NCBI GenBank assembly: GCA_951406725.2
Contig: OX597831.1
Location: forward strand, 48,050,001 to 48,114,000
DNA: 64,000 nucleotides
Direction: 5' to 3'
From: Octopus vulgaris
Lineage: Eukaryota
The translations under genes and the position numbers were made by a program. The notes under the pieces were generated by a model. It saw only the letters and a list, made by a program, of their open reading frames with translations. It did not search any database and was not told where the DNA came from. This document shows, piece by piece, positions 41,250 through 54,610 of the stretch. The first letter of the stretch is position 1. Each line of letters begins with the position of its first letter.

Positions 41250-41450
41250 TTTAAATACACGACTGGAAAAACTACTAATAGTTTCACACTTTTATGATAC
41301 TTGAGCAGGCATATCTATAACATAAGCCATGTACCTTAAAGCAATCTTTCAGGCTCTGTTTATGCATTGTATATAAAATGCATGAACAGAGCCTGAAAGT
41401 ATTGTAAAAGCATGAAACTATTGGTAGCTCTTTCAGTTGTGTACTTAAAT
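41250..41450. repeat. inverted repeat with degenerate hammerhead (41388-41431, + strand)
   Basis: Inner hairpin tttcaggctctgtttatgcatt / aatgcatgaacagagcctgaaa; agagc-CTGAAAG..GAAAC-tattg-GTA-gctct; outer arms 41250-41300 and 41398-41450. Confidence 0.6.
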
Positions 41451-41518
41451 ATATATTTGTTTTTCACTGGATGGAATAATTGTTTTGTTTAGTTTACCTC
41501 TATTGGATCTTTAAACTA

Positions 41519-42383
41519 CAGAGTGGATGAAAAATAAGTAGGCATTAAAAAGTGGTAATAAAATACATATTCCTTTTACAAATTTATCGAAAACAAATGA
41601 TAAATGTTCTTTATTGCATGGGAAAATGAAAGGAAATCTTCATATCTCAATGTAAGCGATGGTGGTATCAACAAGTTTTCTCAAACGGCCAGGGATGGAA
41701 TGAACAAACTTTTGTAGAATGTCGTTTTGGATATCATTGAGAACCTCCTGAATCTGTGTTTCCAATTCCACCTATGTGCAAGGTTTTGTCTTTTACACCT
41801 CTGTTGTGTAACCCCATAGGTAAAAATCACATGGAGTGAGATCTGGAGTTCTTAGAGTTCTGGACATCTGAACTTCTGCAGTCACAGTCTTCAAGTTTTA
41901 GCTCCTTCTCATAATGGGATTTCCATGCACAAAAATTCAATTCTTAATGCAACACCATACATACTGTCTGTCCATGTTCACTAGCTGCTTGATGTGTTGA
42001 TTTTTGTGGGCTGCGATCAAACATTTCCTGCACTGTTGCTACGTTCTCTGCTGATTGAGATGTGGTTGGATGGCCACTTCTTCTTGCATCGTTCACTAAG
42101 CCTGTGGTCATCATCTTTGCATGACAACTTTTTATTGTCTCCAGATATAATGTTGCATGCTTATCTTTCCATGCACGCCACCATCTCAGAACAAAACAAT
42201 GGAATTTCACACTTTATAGCTTGCTGCTATCATAGCTCACTCCTGAACAGTCAAGCAGCTGGCCATCTGGGAAAAGAATTCCCAATAGTATTGTCTATTT
42301 AAAAAATGCTTTTGTCATGACTTCAGTGATACTGAAAATTCTATAACCAATTTCTAATGCCTAATTACTTTCCACCCACTCTG
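41519..42383 (-). mobile_element. internally deleted Tc1/mariner-superfamily transposon
   Basis: TA-flanked TIRs cagagtggatgaaaaataagtaggcatt / aatgcctaattactttccacccactctg. Minus-strand remnants TGLVNDARRSGHPTT..ENVATVQEMFDRSPQKST and PDLTPCDFYLWGY. Confidence 0.85.
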
Positions 42384-42385
42384 TA

Positions 42386-42450
<65 letters not shown>

Positions 42451-42455
42451 GTCTA

Positions 42456-42506
<51 letters not shown>

Positions 42507-42949
42507 GTATATATATATATATATATCATCATGATCACCATGACCGACCAGGCTATAAGATGTGGCTACACATCACTGGTCACAATGCGTTTCGCATTGT
42601 TTTAGCCTTCAAATGACGCCACCCCGCTTGCTAAGCCAGCAGGCCAACACAATTTTGTCATGAGATGTCAGCAGCTGTAATTGCAAAGACCTATGAGATT
42701 AAAAAAAAAAAGTGCTTACTTGAAAGATAAGTGATCCAGCTGTGAAACAGTAACTCAGTAATAAGTATTCATCTAAATCATGCTAGCATAGAAAAACAGA
42801 TGTAAAATAAGTAAATGAATGAATGAATGAATAAGCTTTCTGAAAGATGAAATTCAAAGTTGACCTCAGCAGGATTTGAACATAGACCATAAAGACCCCA
42901 GAGTATAAGAACACAACAACCGCAGCACATCAGCTTGTAATTATTTAAT

Positions 42950-43355
42950 ACTCCTTTACTCCTTTACTTGTTTCAGTCATTTGACTGCAGTCATGCTGGA
43001 GCACCACCTTTAGTCGAGCATATCGACCCCATGACTTATTCTTTGTAAGCCTAGTACTTATTCTATCGGTCTCTTTAGCTGAACTGCTAAGTTACGGGGG
43101 TGTAAACACACCAACATCGGTTGTCAAGCGATGTTGGGGGGACAAATACAGACACACAAACACACACACACACACACATATATACACACATATACGATGG
43201 GCTTCGTTCAGTTTCCGCCTGCTAAATCTACTCACAAGGCTTTGGTTGGCCTGAGGCTATAGTAGAAGGCACTTGCCCAAGGTGCCACACAGTGGGACTG
43301 AACCCGGAACCATGTGGTTGGTAAGCAAGCTACTTACCACACAGCCACTCCTGTG
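42950..43355 (-). mobile_element. SINE family A
   Basis: Full-length reverse copy. Confidence 0.85.
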
Positions 43356-43605
43356 CCACTCCTAATGCAAGAAAGGGACTTTTTTTGTGTGTTTACTAAG
43401 GAGTACTGGTGGTGGTGAATGGAGTAGTAAAATTAGTTGTTTTGATGTAGACCACAACTTTGGAGATAGATGGTAGTAGGGAATCTGAGGCTGTACATGG
43501 TCTGCAAGGAGCATGGCATCTGTTATGATAGTAGTGATGATTATGGTAACTTTTAGAATTTTCTTACTACATTCCCCACCCTCTTTAACCTTTGGCCTCT
43601 ATCTG

Positions 43606-43642
<37 letters not shown>

Positions 43643-43988
43643 TTCTCTCTCTTTCTCTCCATCACTTTAATGTTATTGTTTACAGTTTCTTCTGTTACCT
43701 TTTTTTTCTTTTATTCTTTTTTTTTCTCTTCGTTTTTCATTTCCCAGAAATTACTAAGAAGAGAAAGAGATCAAAATAAATATTATAATATTTCCTATAA
43801 GAAATTAATATGAAAGGAACGAGATTTATTGGACTTGGCTTCCTATCAGAACTGCTTCCATACTTGAAAATATTTAAATATTTACTTCATTCCGACTAAA
43901 TTAATGGATCGAGGAAATGTTCTGGTTTGCTGTCTTACTCAATCAAACCTATTTAAAGTCTGTTTTCTTAGCATGTCTTACCCTCTCT

Positions 43989-44058
<70 letters not shown>

Positions 44059-44071
44059 CATATACATACAT

Positions 44072-44116
<45 letters not shown>

Positions 44117-44129
44117 CATATACATACAT

Positions 44130-44201
<72 letters not shown>

Positions 44202-44336
44202 GTATGTATATATGTATATATATATGTATGTATATATATATATATGTATATATATATGTATATGTATATATACACATACACACACGCACACACTTATATC
44301 TATATGTATGCATATATATATACACACACACACATG

Positions 44337-44398
<62 letters not shown>

Positions 44399-44889
44399 TT
44401 ACATCCAACATTAATTTTGACACGGAGTAAGTTTTTCATGTCTGACTGATATCTGTAATGGTGGGAAATGAAAAGAAATCGGAATAAAAACATGAGACCA
44501 AAGAACAATATTGAGTTATTGCTATATTCTACTAATATCATTCGATAATGCAAATCTGCTTGATCTGATTTACTTTATGTGTATCGATATTTTAAAGAAA
44601 TTTGTATTCATTTAGACAGCAGTTATGCTAGGCTCTCTCTTCAAGGGTTTTAGTTGATTTTATCGACCTCTTTCTTGTCCCAGGCACATTTTCAGCTATT
44701 TATTTTATTGATTTTTATTTATCAAATTGCTAGGTCCAATAAGGCTTGTAACTCAGTGGATTAAATATCACAGGGTATTTTTGTTTGATACATCATCTTT
44801 CATCAGTCTACAACATTTTGGTACCATTTAAACATGTGCTGTGCTCAACAGGTAGGCATCTCTGAAGCTTGTCTGATCTGAAGACTTTT

Positions 44890-45230
44890 CTTAGGTTTTA
44901 CAGTAAGAAACTATCAAGACTGGTTTGACATAAATGACAGCCAACTCAAGCAGCTGATGGACAGAAAGAGAGAGTATTTTTGTGCCTACTAAATTCACAA
45001 GAATTTTGAAGGGATAAAGAAAGAGGCACATAGAAAGATGAACAATTGGTAACTGGCCAGACTGACTGATACGCATTGCATGATGAAGTGACTATAGTAA
45101 ACTATGATCCTACCTTAGCAGGTTCAATACTCATTAGATCTAAAGGCAGTACAAATTTTGTAAAGGAACAAATAGCCGTCCGTAGCTGATGGAAAGGAGT
45201 GTTCAAAGAATTGCTTATCACGATTTTGCA
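44890..45230 (+). pseudogene. highly decayed RTE (BovB-like) ORF fragment, EN-RT linker
   Basis: LGFTVRNYQDWFDINDSQLKQLMDRK and YDPTLAGSILIRSKG..VRS*WKGVFKELL resemble RTE-BovB DWFDEND and RW.EHF..LLN motifs. Confidence 0.55.
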
Positions 45231-45680
45231 GTTAATAAAAGAACTTTTGACATTGTCACACAAAAAAGAAAAAAACAATAATGGAGAACACCTTATGTGA
45301 CATCCATGAAATCAATAATAAATAGCTAAAATAAATAAATAAATAAATGAATTTCATTATTCATTGCAAAACGAGAAAAGCAAGTACCTAGAGGTGTGAC
45401 ATGATTCTGGATGAACTATGATATATATCATCATCATTCATTGTTTAACATTTGCCTTCCATGGGTGGGACGGTTTCAGAAGAGTTGGGCAAGCAGGATT
45501 TTTACAGTTTAATGCCCTTTCTAACACCAACAACTCAGCAGAATGGACTTAGTGTTTTTTATGTGGCACAATCACAGGTGAGGTCAGTTTTGGCAAGGTT
45601 TTTACTGCTGGATGCCCTTCTGAACACCAAACACTTTACAGCATGGACAGGGTGCTTTTAAGTATATTATATATATTTAT

Positions 45681-46062
45681 AGGTGCAGGCGTGGCTGTGT
45701 CGTAAGTAGCTTGCTTCCCAACCACATGGTACCAGGTTCAGTCCCACTGCGTGGCACCTTGGGCAAGTGTCTTCTTCTATAGCCTCAGGCCAACCAAAGT
45801 CTTGTGAGTGGATTTGGTATTCCAAAACTGAAAGAAGCCCGTCGTGTGTGTGTGTGTATGTCTGTGTTTGTCCCCCCCACCATCACTTGACAACTGATGT
45901 TGCTGTGTTTATGTCCCTGTAACTTAGCAGTTTGGCAAAAGAGACCGATAGAATAAGTACTAGGCTTACAAAGAATAAGGCCGATTTGTTCAACTAAACG
46001 TGGTGTCCCAGCATGGCCACAGTCAAATGACTGAAATAAGTAAAAGAATAAAAGAGTAAAAG
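45681..46062 (+). mobile_element. SINE family A
   Basis: Full-length match. Confidence 0.85.
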
Positions 46063-46763
46063 AATATATATATATGTATATATATCTTATATAAAATCCG
46101 TTCTGTCTGTGTGTGTGTGTCTTCTAGGATCTCGGGCATCCGACTACACTCAAATTTGATATGTAGATACCGACGGTATGAGAGCGTGTATAAGTCTTGA
46201 AAAAATGACAAAAGTCGATTCCAGGTGAGAATGCGATCGATAAAGCCGTGGGAAATCGTTTTTCTTTGGAATAGAAAAAAAGTCTATCTTTATTTCTTCT
46301 TTTGCTGGTGTCTCAAATTTAGGTTAAATCAGCGTTTCTCAAAGGGGAGGCCTATGGGACGTTCGGACAAGATGTTTTAAGAAAATTTGGTTTAAATGTT
46401 TGACAACTCAGCAACGTCCATTGGACTGGGGGTGTTTTGCTCGTATATATATATTGTATAAAAGATCATGGGTAAGGCCAAAACAATGCCAAGTAAATGC
46501 AATATATATATATTGCCAATGTATCATACATCCCAAAAAGAAACATGGTCTAAAGCATAGAGCAGTAATGTATTAAAAGTAATTAAGGTCTTTAGCTTTA
46601 GTGTCTGGCGAGATGTCTACAAGGTTAAGGCCTTTGTGGATGCAAAACCATTGGTCATTTTTTGATTGGACATTAACTTTATTACTTTAATATATATATA
46701 TATATATATATGAAAAAACAAGTCAAAATAGAAAATGCTAAAATAATTTTATAAAGAACATTT

Positions 46764-46801
46764 CAGTACCGGTTTCGGTCATTTTGAGACCTTTTCAACT
46801 A
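46764..46801 (-). ncRNA. minimal type I hammerhead, U3-A8 core (left arm)
   Basis: Minus strand reads tag-TTGAAAA-GGTC-tcaaaat-GACC-GAAAC-cg-GTA-ctg. Confidence 0.65.
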
Positions 46802-47062
46802 TAACGATTAAATAATTAAATTTAGAAAAATTAAAAGAAAATTTTTTTTTAAAGGAATATTTGTATAGTGTTCAAATATAAGTGGCATTCTGCCTTTCTC
46901 TGTCTTCCTTGTTTGCACTTGTGTGTTCGAGCCTCAAACACACAAGTGCAAACAAGGGAGACAGAGAAAGGCAGAATGCCACTTATATTTGAACACTATA
47001 CAAACATTCCTTTAAAAAAAAATTTTCTTTTAATTTTTCTAAATTTAATTATTTAATCGTTA

Positions 47063-47100
47063 CAGTTGAAAAGGTCTCAAAATGACCGAAACCGGTACTG
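47063..47100 (+). ncRNA. minimal type I hammerhead, U3-A8 core (right arm)
   Basis: cag-TTGAAAA-GGTC-tcaaaat-GACC-GAAAC-cg-GTA-ctg: stems I and II perfect, palindromic ACCGGT, GUA triplet. Confidence 0.7.
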
Positions 47101-47183
47101 AAATGTTCTTTATAAAATTATTTTAGCATTTTCTATTTTGACTTGTTTTTTCATATATATCAACTCGTTTGTTCCTTTTCATT

Positions 47184-47255
<72 letters not shown>

Positions 47256-47434
47256 TACATATATATATATCATTATTGTTTAACGTCCTCTTTCCATGCT
47301 GGCATGGGTTGGACAGTTTGACTTTGGCTTTTTCCAGACTTGCTTCCCCATTAGTATTTATGTATTCGTTATCCAAGTAATTGTATATTCACATACGTTT
47401 ATATAATTCTTAAATGAGTATATTGTTGACAGTG

Positions 47435-47475
47435 ACTTTGAAATTTCAGTCCAGTTAAGCCATCATCAGAATATA
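47435..47475 (-). ncRNA. degenerate minimal hammerhead
   Basis: Minus strand reads att-CTGATGA-t-ggct-taactg-gact-GAAA-t-TTC-aaag; stem II is weak; adjacent to (TA)n. Confidence 0.45.
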
Positions 47476-47496
47476 AAAAAAACATCAACAACATAT

Positions 47497-47612
<116 letters not shown>

Positions 47613-47639
47613 TTGTTTGTATGTATGTATTTATATGTA

Positions 47640-47671
<32 letters not shown>

Positions 47672-48274
47672 CACAAATATATATACATATATACATATAT
47701 GTATGTATGTATGTTTATATATGTATGTGTATTTGCATGTGTGTTTGTATGAGTGAATTCATATCTCCCTCACGTCACATGTTTTTTACTCACTGGTTAT
47801 AAATAATGGTGTTACTTGTGGCGTCATTTTTGGTTTTGGTTTTTCTTTTGCCAATTCTCCATGCCCAGTCTGTTGTTTGATAAGCTGAGAGATTATTGCC
47901 TTACTTGTAAACAAGCGGGAGCTGGTGGCAGGATAGGCATCCAGTTGCTGAAAACTCTGTCCTAAACATACACTTGCCTGACCACATCTAAGCATGGAAA
48001 TGTAGATGTTGAAACGATGATGATAATGATGATGATATATATTTATGCATGTAAGTGTGTGTGTTTGCTGCAGGTTAGTTAAACAGAATTATATATTCAA
48101 GTTCAGCCCAATCTCCTGATTAAAGCAGTCAAAAGCCCTAAGCCTGGTTGCACACAAAAATGCTTAGGTTAGAATATGCAATTTTGTTTACCCAAAATAT
48201 ATCGATCATATATATCAGTCTCTACATTCTTCTAACAAGGGTATATTCAGCATATTTATGTTCGTTCCCCACAG

Positions 48275-48306
<32 letters not shown>

Positions 48307-48309
48307 AAT

Positions 48310-48349
<40 letters not shown>

Positions 48350-48979
48350 TTACATATGTGTATATATGTGTGTATGTATATATATATACGAATATATATA
48401 TATATATATATATATGTATATGTATATGTGTGTGTGTGTGTGTATGAATGACTGTATGTATGTGTGACTATGTAAGTATATGTCTCCACATGCAAGCATC
48501 TGTGAATGTATAGAACATAATGAGTAAGTGGATAAGATATTGGGAATTCTTGCTAGCTGCAAACATTTCATGATAATTCTGTGCAGAGCACTTAACTCTG
48601 CATCTCTCCATTCACTTAGATCTCATGAATAGCTTCCAGATCATATAAGGATAGATCAATAAAGTTGATCAGCCATTTAAAAGATATTTCCAGTCACAAA
48701 ATGCCTATTTATTTCCCTAGCAGGTGGAATAAATAAATATTTATTCTTTTGTTCTTCGTGTTAAAGCAGAGCAGAGAGAGGTAGAGGTGGAAGGTGAGGT
48801 GTAGGGAAGAGAATCTGAAGGAGGCCCAAAACTAAGTAGGAACTGATTGGAAACTGATAAGTAGTTATATGGTCTGCAGTGTGAAGATGGAGATACAATT
48901 GATTCCTCTTACTCAAAAATTCAAGAGAATCAGAAGTGTAGCATATATACACATTTACACACTTAACAAAAATATTGTT

Positions 48980-50160
48980 GGAACTCAGAAGAGTTCTATG
49001 ATCTATAATGTCAAGATTCTGTCATGAATGATTATTGTCACTCGAGAGTACAAGAAAACCCTACAAGAATATCATGCGTACATAGATACATTCATCCAAA
49101 GGAACTCAGAAAATCTTCAATTTTATGCAGATCTCTTTAATGAAATATATGTAAAAAAGAAGCCTATCCTGTTGTTTGTGAAATATCTATATATATAAAA
49201 CTGTAGTTGTGTGAGTGTCTGTCCCCTTCGATTTAGATTCCTAACTACTCCCACATTTTGCGGTGCAGTTTAACCAAATTCGGGTATCTTATAGTCGGGA
49301 TTCATATCAAGCCCGTCTGAGTATTAGCGCGTGTCTACGATGAGTCTACGATTTTAAAAATAATTTAACATCATTTTTTATTCCATTTTAATGCATAATT
49401 TTTCGTGTGTCGATGGCGGCGGAGTTGGCGTCCATGGTCACACCTGCACCTGTTTGCTTCTCCCCCTTCTTCCCTCCCTCGTGAAGCTGTGGGGAAGGGA
49501 GTGTAAGGAAATCAACGTCGTAAAGCGTTGTCAAGGAGACCAGCGTTCTTTTAGAACAACGACTTCATGGCTTGAAGACACCAAAACAGAAATGGCTAAG
49601 AAAGCCCGAATTGGCATCCATAAGGGAAGTAACTCTCTAAAAATGCTTATATAGTTATTTCCCTTACAAACCCGAGCAACGCCGGGCGATACTGCTAGTT
49701 ATTTATATGAAAGTAATGTCCATTTAAAATATTCCTCTGGCATTGCTATTTGCAACTATCGTGAGGAATAAATCAAATATAAATAAAACACAACGTAATT
49801 GTCATATGCTGAAATGTATATGAATTCAGAAATGTTCTATGATCTGTAATGTTGAGATTCTGTCATGATTGATTCTTGTCTTTCAAGAATATGAGAAAGC
49901 CCTACAAGAAAATCTTACATAGATGCTCTTGCCCAAAGCAACTCAGCAAAACTTCAATTTTATGCAGATTTCTTTAATGAAACATACGAAAAAAATAAAA
50001 GAAACACCTACTCTGTTGTGTTATGAAATTATTGGTATGAAAGTAATGTCCACTTAAAATATCCCTCTGGCATAGCTGTATGCGATTATCGTGAGGTAAA
50101 AATCAAAAATAAATAAAGCACAAGGCAATTGGCATATCATGCTAAAATGAATATGAATAT
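48980..50160. repeat. diverged ~330-bp tandem duplication, first copy interrupted by a Helitron
   Basis: 48980-49185 plus 49699-49820 aligns with 49821-50160 (shared gttctatgatct, ccctacaagaa, caattttatgcagat and atgaaagtaatgtcca). Confidence 0.85.
49186..49698 (+). mobile_element. non-autonomous Helitron
   Basis: 5' TC(tatatatataaa), 3' GC-rich hairpin cccgagcaacgccggg then CTAG; inserted between A and T with no TSD. Confidence 0.9.
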
Positions 50161-51565
50161 TTTAAGTCGTTGGATATATCTGCAAATGTTTATGTAAGCT
50201 GAACAGGAGTGTTCATTCCAATACTAACCCACCTGAGACTGACAGACTGTCCCTTGTGTTGATATAAATGATCTGTTTTGAAGAGATATAAAGTCAAACT
50301 GTTCATCAAAATTTCATGTTCATTTATTTTCCCTAATTACCCACTTAATGGTGACAAAATTGCATGATTAAATGCTTTATTATTTTCAAAATCAATTTGA
50401 AACAAAGACAGAATATTTCAACAGAAATATGCTAACATAAGAGTTAAACTGATCTAAATTAAAAGCTTCAATCAAAATTTCAAGATGATTTGTTCTAAAT
50501 ACCAGATTAATAAATGACAAAGTTATTTTACTAAACTCTTTATTTTCAAAACGAATTGAAACAAAGACAGTGTATTTCAATAAAACCATTAGAAGAAAAG
50601 TTCTCCCCTTTTGATACCAAAGCACCTGAGACTGCTCTTGGTTCTGTGGCACAAACTCTGTTTTAAAGTGATCTAAATAAAAATCTTACACCAAAATTCA
50701 TTCCAATTTGTTCCAGTTATATAATCCTTTCTACTGTAGGCACAAGGGCCGACATTTTGGGGGATGGGAATAGTTGATTACATCGACCCCAGTGTTTAAC
50801 TGGTACTTATTTTATTGACCCTGAAAGGATGATAGGCAAAGTCAACTTTGGCAGAATTTGAACTCAGAACATAAAGACAAATGAAATGCTTCAAAGCTAA
50901 TGATTCCACCAGCTCACTGCCTTCTAAACACCAGTTTAATAATGACAGTTTTTTTTTTAATCAAATTCCTCATTATTTTCAAAATTAATTAGAAACAAAG
51001 GCAGAGTTTTTCAACCGAAAAGAGGATTAATGCTTTAATGATGAGTCATGGATGCATCATATTGAGAGGTTTGTGGTATTTGTTCTGATTCTTTATGTTC
51101 TAAGTTCAAATCTCCTCAGAGTCAACTTTGCCTTTCATCGTTTCTGAGTTGGTAAAAAAATGTCGATCCAGGGTGGGGATTGGAAAAACTGTTAGGACTA
51201 AATGCCTTATGATATTTGTTTCAGCTATTTGTGTTCTAAGTTCAAATTCCCATTCTCGGAGTTACTTGGTTGGTAAGATTTAATCTATTGTCCAACTCAT
51301 CACAAACACCTGCCATATTGAGTACCTTTTGTGGATTCTACGCTGTTGCAAGCACTAGGGCCAGATCTCTACTTTGTTGATGCCATCCATCCTCTCTCCC
51401 ACCAGTCCATCAGTCTTGGAAGCCTTGTAAAAGGTCATGAGTCCTGCTTTCGGTCTTGAATGTAATTCTTTTAATACAGTTCTATATTTAAGAGATGAGG
51501 AATTATGTACATTATTTACATTATTTACATTTGACGGATATTTGTCCTCATCTTGTTTGTTGTTA

Positions 51566-51610
51566 ACACACCTTTTCGGCTGATCTACCCTCCAGCCTTC
51601 ATCAGGTGTC
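51566..51610 (-). ncRNA. minimal hammerhead (left arm)
   Basis: Minus strand reads gacac-CTGATGA-a-GGCTG-gagggtagat-CAGCC-GAAA-aggt-gtgtt; the stem III region is mutated. Confidence 0.6.
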
Positions 51611-51676
51611 TCAGGGAAATTTCGAAACTGGGTTCTCATTCTTAAGGTATTTTTAGATGTTATTATTATTATAATA

Positions 51677-51724
<48 letters not shown>

Positions 51725-51841
51725 ATTATTATTATCATTATTACTATTGTTATTCAGGTCACTGTGCCAAGTTTGGTTCCAGGCAGTGACCTGAATAATA
51801 ATAATAATAAGAAGAAGAAGAAGAAGAAGAAGAACAACAAC

Positions 51842-54416
51842 AACAAAACAAACAGTTCAACTCCAACCCCAAAAAGTTCTACCAAGAACTTGGCAAAAAT
51901 AAAATAGAAATCACTGCAGCACCAACGGCAGAAGAAGTGGAAGAATTCTGGAGAGGAATATGGTCAGCGAGCGAACAACCAAAAAAAAGGAGTATTAAAA
52001 CAACAAACTCAGCATCTGAGCAACTTTGGACCCCCATAACAACTGAAGAGGTCACCCAGGCACTGCAAAGACTAAGCAACTGGAAGGCACCTGAGCATGA
52101 CAAGATCCCCAACTTCTGGTTGAAATATCTAACAGGAATGCACGAAAAGCTGGCTGAAAATTTTAACAACATACTGGCAGAGCCAGAGACAATGCCTGAA
52201 TGGCTCATGAAGGGGAAAAACCATCTTAATTCCCAAATCAAATGAGACAGCAAAACCAGAAAACTACAGACCTATAACCTGTCTCCCTACAATGTACAAA
52301 GCATTTACTGCAGTGATATCGCAAAGGTTGAACAAGCACCTGGACGAAAACAACCTGTTTCCAGAAGAGCAGAAAGGATGCCGCAAAGGCTCATATGACT
52401 GTAAAGATCAACTAATGATCAATAAAGCCATAACCGAAGATAGCCACAGAAAGAAGAAAGGCCTCAGTATGGCCTGGATCGACTACAAAAAGGCGTTTGA
52501 TAGCATCCCCCACACATGGATCCTCGAAACACTAGCCATGAACAAAGTTGCACCAACAATTATAAAATACATAGGACACTCTATGAATAAATGGCAAACA
52601 GTGCTACAGCTCCAAACAAACGAGGGACTTGTGAAAACCAAAGCCATCCCCATTAGAAGAGGTATATTCCAGGGAGATACGCTCTCTCCACTCCTTTTGT
52701 GCTTGGCACTGTCACCTCTATCGGATATGCTAAACAGAACTGGATGCGGATATAAATGTTACGGCAAAATGATCAGCCACCTTTTATATATGGATGACCT
52801 AAAACTATACGCTACAAATGACAAACAGCTGGAAACACTACTTAAGAGTTCATGGATTTACCAAAGAAATAGATATGAAATTTGGATTAGAGAAATGCGT
52901 CAAAGTAACCCTGAAAAGAGGAAAACTAGTTAAGAGTAGCAACATCACACTAGATAAAACCAATGAAATAAAAGAATTAGATCAAAGCCAAACTTACAAA
53001 TGCTTAGGAATCCATGAACTAGATAAGACACAACACACACAGATGAAAGAGAAAATAAAAAAAGAATATTATAGACGAGTTAGATCAATACTGAAAACAG
53101 AGCTCAATGCAAAAAACAAGATAATAGGTATCAACACTATAGCCGTCCCAGTTATAAGTTACAGCTACAATATCTTTAACTGGACACTAAATGAACTGAC
53201 CAAAATAGATCGGAAAACAAGAAAAATAATGACAGGATCTAGGATGCATCACCCAAAATCTGACATAGAAAGGCTATATATACAACGTATAGATGGTGAT
53301 AGAGGCCTTATACAGCTGGAAAACTACTATAAAATAACCACCATAGGACTGCAAAAATATCTACTTCAGAAGGAAGGAAAACTGATACAAATAGCGGCAA
53401 AACACGAGCAAAACAAAAAACTGTTCTCAGTATTTAAGGAAGCTGACAAATACAGACAAGAAATCATACCAAGTAAAAAATATGAAGAAGAAGATGAAGA
53501 AACAACAAAAGCTATAAAACAAATGAAATCCAAACTAAAAATAGAACAGCAACGAACCATGATAAAACGATGGCAAATACTGGACTAAACTAAATGCAAA
53601 AGAAATAGACAAAGAAAAATCCCAGCAATGGTTGAGAAGCTCAGAACTCAAAGCAGAGACAGAAGGATTTTTAATTGCAGCATAAGACCAAAGCCTCCTC
53701 ACCAGAAATTACCAAAAACATGTAATGAAAAGAAATATAACAAGTAACTGCAGAATATGTGGAGATGGACAAGAAACAATAAATCATATTATCTCTGGCT
53801 GCCCAGTCCTGGCTAAGAAGGAATATATTCACAGACACGACAGAGTTGGGACCTATATACACTGGAAACTATGCCAACATTATGGAATAACAACAGAAAA
53901 AAGATGGTATAGGCACACACCAGAAAAGGTCACAGAAAACGAGAAAGCAACCATACTCTGGGATATGCCAATACACACAGATAAAGAAATTAAGGCCAAC
54001 AGACCAGATATAGTTGTCAGAGATCATGAAGAAAAAAATGTTTTCTAATTGATGTATCAATACCAGCGGATGACAACGTGTCTCTAAAAGAAATGGAAAA
54101 ACTTTCAAAATACAAAGACCTGGAAATAGAGGTAACCAGAATGTGGAATCTAAAAACAGAAACAATTCCTATCATAATAGGTGCATTAGGCATGATAAAA
54201 AATTATTCAGACAAATACATAACAAAAACACCAGGACTTACAAACACATATAACATACAGAAAATTGCACTACTAGGCACTGCACACATCCTATGCAGAA
54301 CACTTTCCATACAATAACCATCAGAGCATCACAACAAATCACAGCACGTACCGAAGGCACACAGAGCTGTGCTCGGTAGTGAAGTGAAAGCACGATATAA
54401 AAACTATACTACTGAA
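51842..54416 (+). pseudogene. 5'-truncated R4/Dong-like non-LTR retrotransposon (RT, CCHC knuckle, restriction-like endonuclease), frameshifted
   Basis: RT motifs DYKKAFDSIPH, RRGIFQGDTLSPLL and YMDDLKL; CRICGDGQETINHIISGC; RHD; RPDIVV..EKLSKY. Split over five ORFs with stops; short 3'UTR ending in (TAA/TGA)n. Confidence 0.93.
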
Positions 54417-54501
54417 TAATGATAATGATAATAATAATAATGATAATAACAACATCGAAAAATACTCTAAGAATGAGAACCCAGGTTCGAAATTTCCCAA
54501 A

Positions 54502-54546
54502 GACACCTGATGAAGGCTGGAGGGTATATCAACCGAAATGTTGTGT
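54502..54546 (+). ncRNA. minimal hammerhead (right arm)
   Basis: gacac-CTGATGA-a-GGCTG-gagggtatat-CAACC-GAAA-tg-tt-gtgt; stem I acac/gtgt, one stem II mismatch. Confidence 0.6.
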
Positions 54547-54610
54547 TAACAACAAACAAGATGAGGAAAAATATCTGTCAAATGTAAATAACATAAATAA
54601 TGTGTAATTC

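Larger units (their letters stand above)
46711..47187. mobile_element. near-perfect ~440-bp palindrome in (TA)n carrying a hammerhead on each arm
   Basis: Arms 46711-46931 and 46933-47153 are reverse complements with few mismatches; a unique 3' extension runs to about 47187. Confidence 0.9.
51474..54602. mobile_element. palindromic hammerhead-bearing insert with 13-bp TSD, right arm split by an R4/Dong-like element
   Basis: Exact TSD tgtaattctttta at 51461-51473 and 54603-54615. The left arm 51474-51764 is the reverse complement of 51784-51810 plus 54420-54602. Confidence 0.85.

Noticed and set aside
51355-51738. Similar short ORFs at 51355-51738 (-) and 54419-54607 (+) suggesting a duplicated small gene
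   Set aside because: They are the two arms of the non-coding hammerhead palindrome, starting in TAA repeats.
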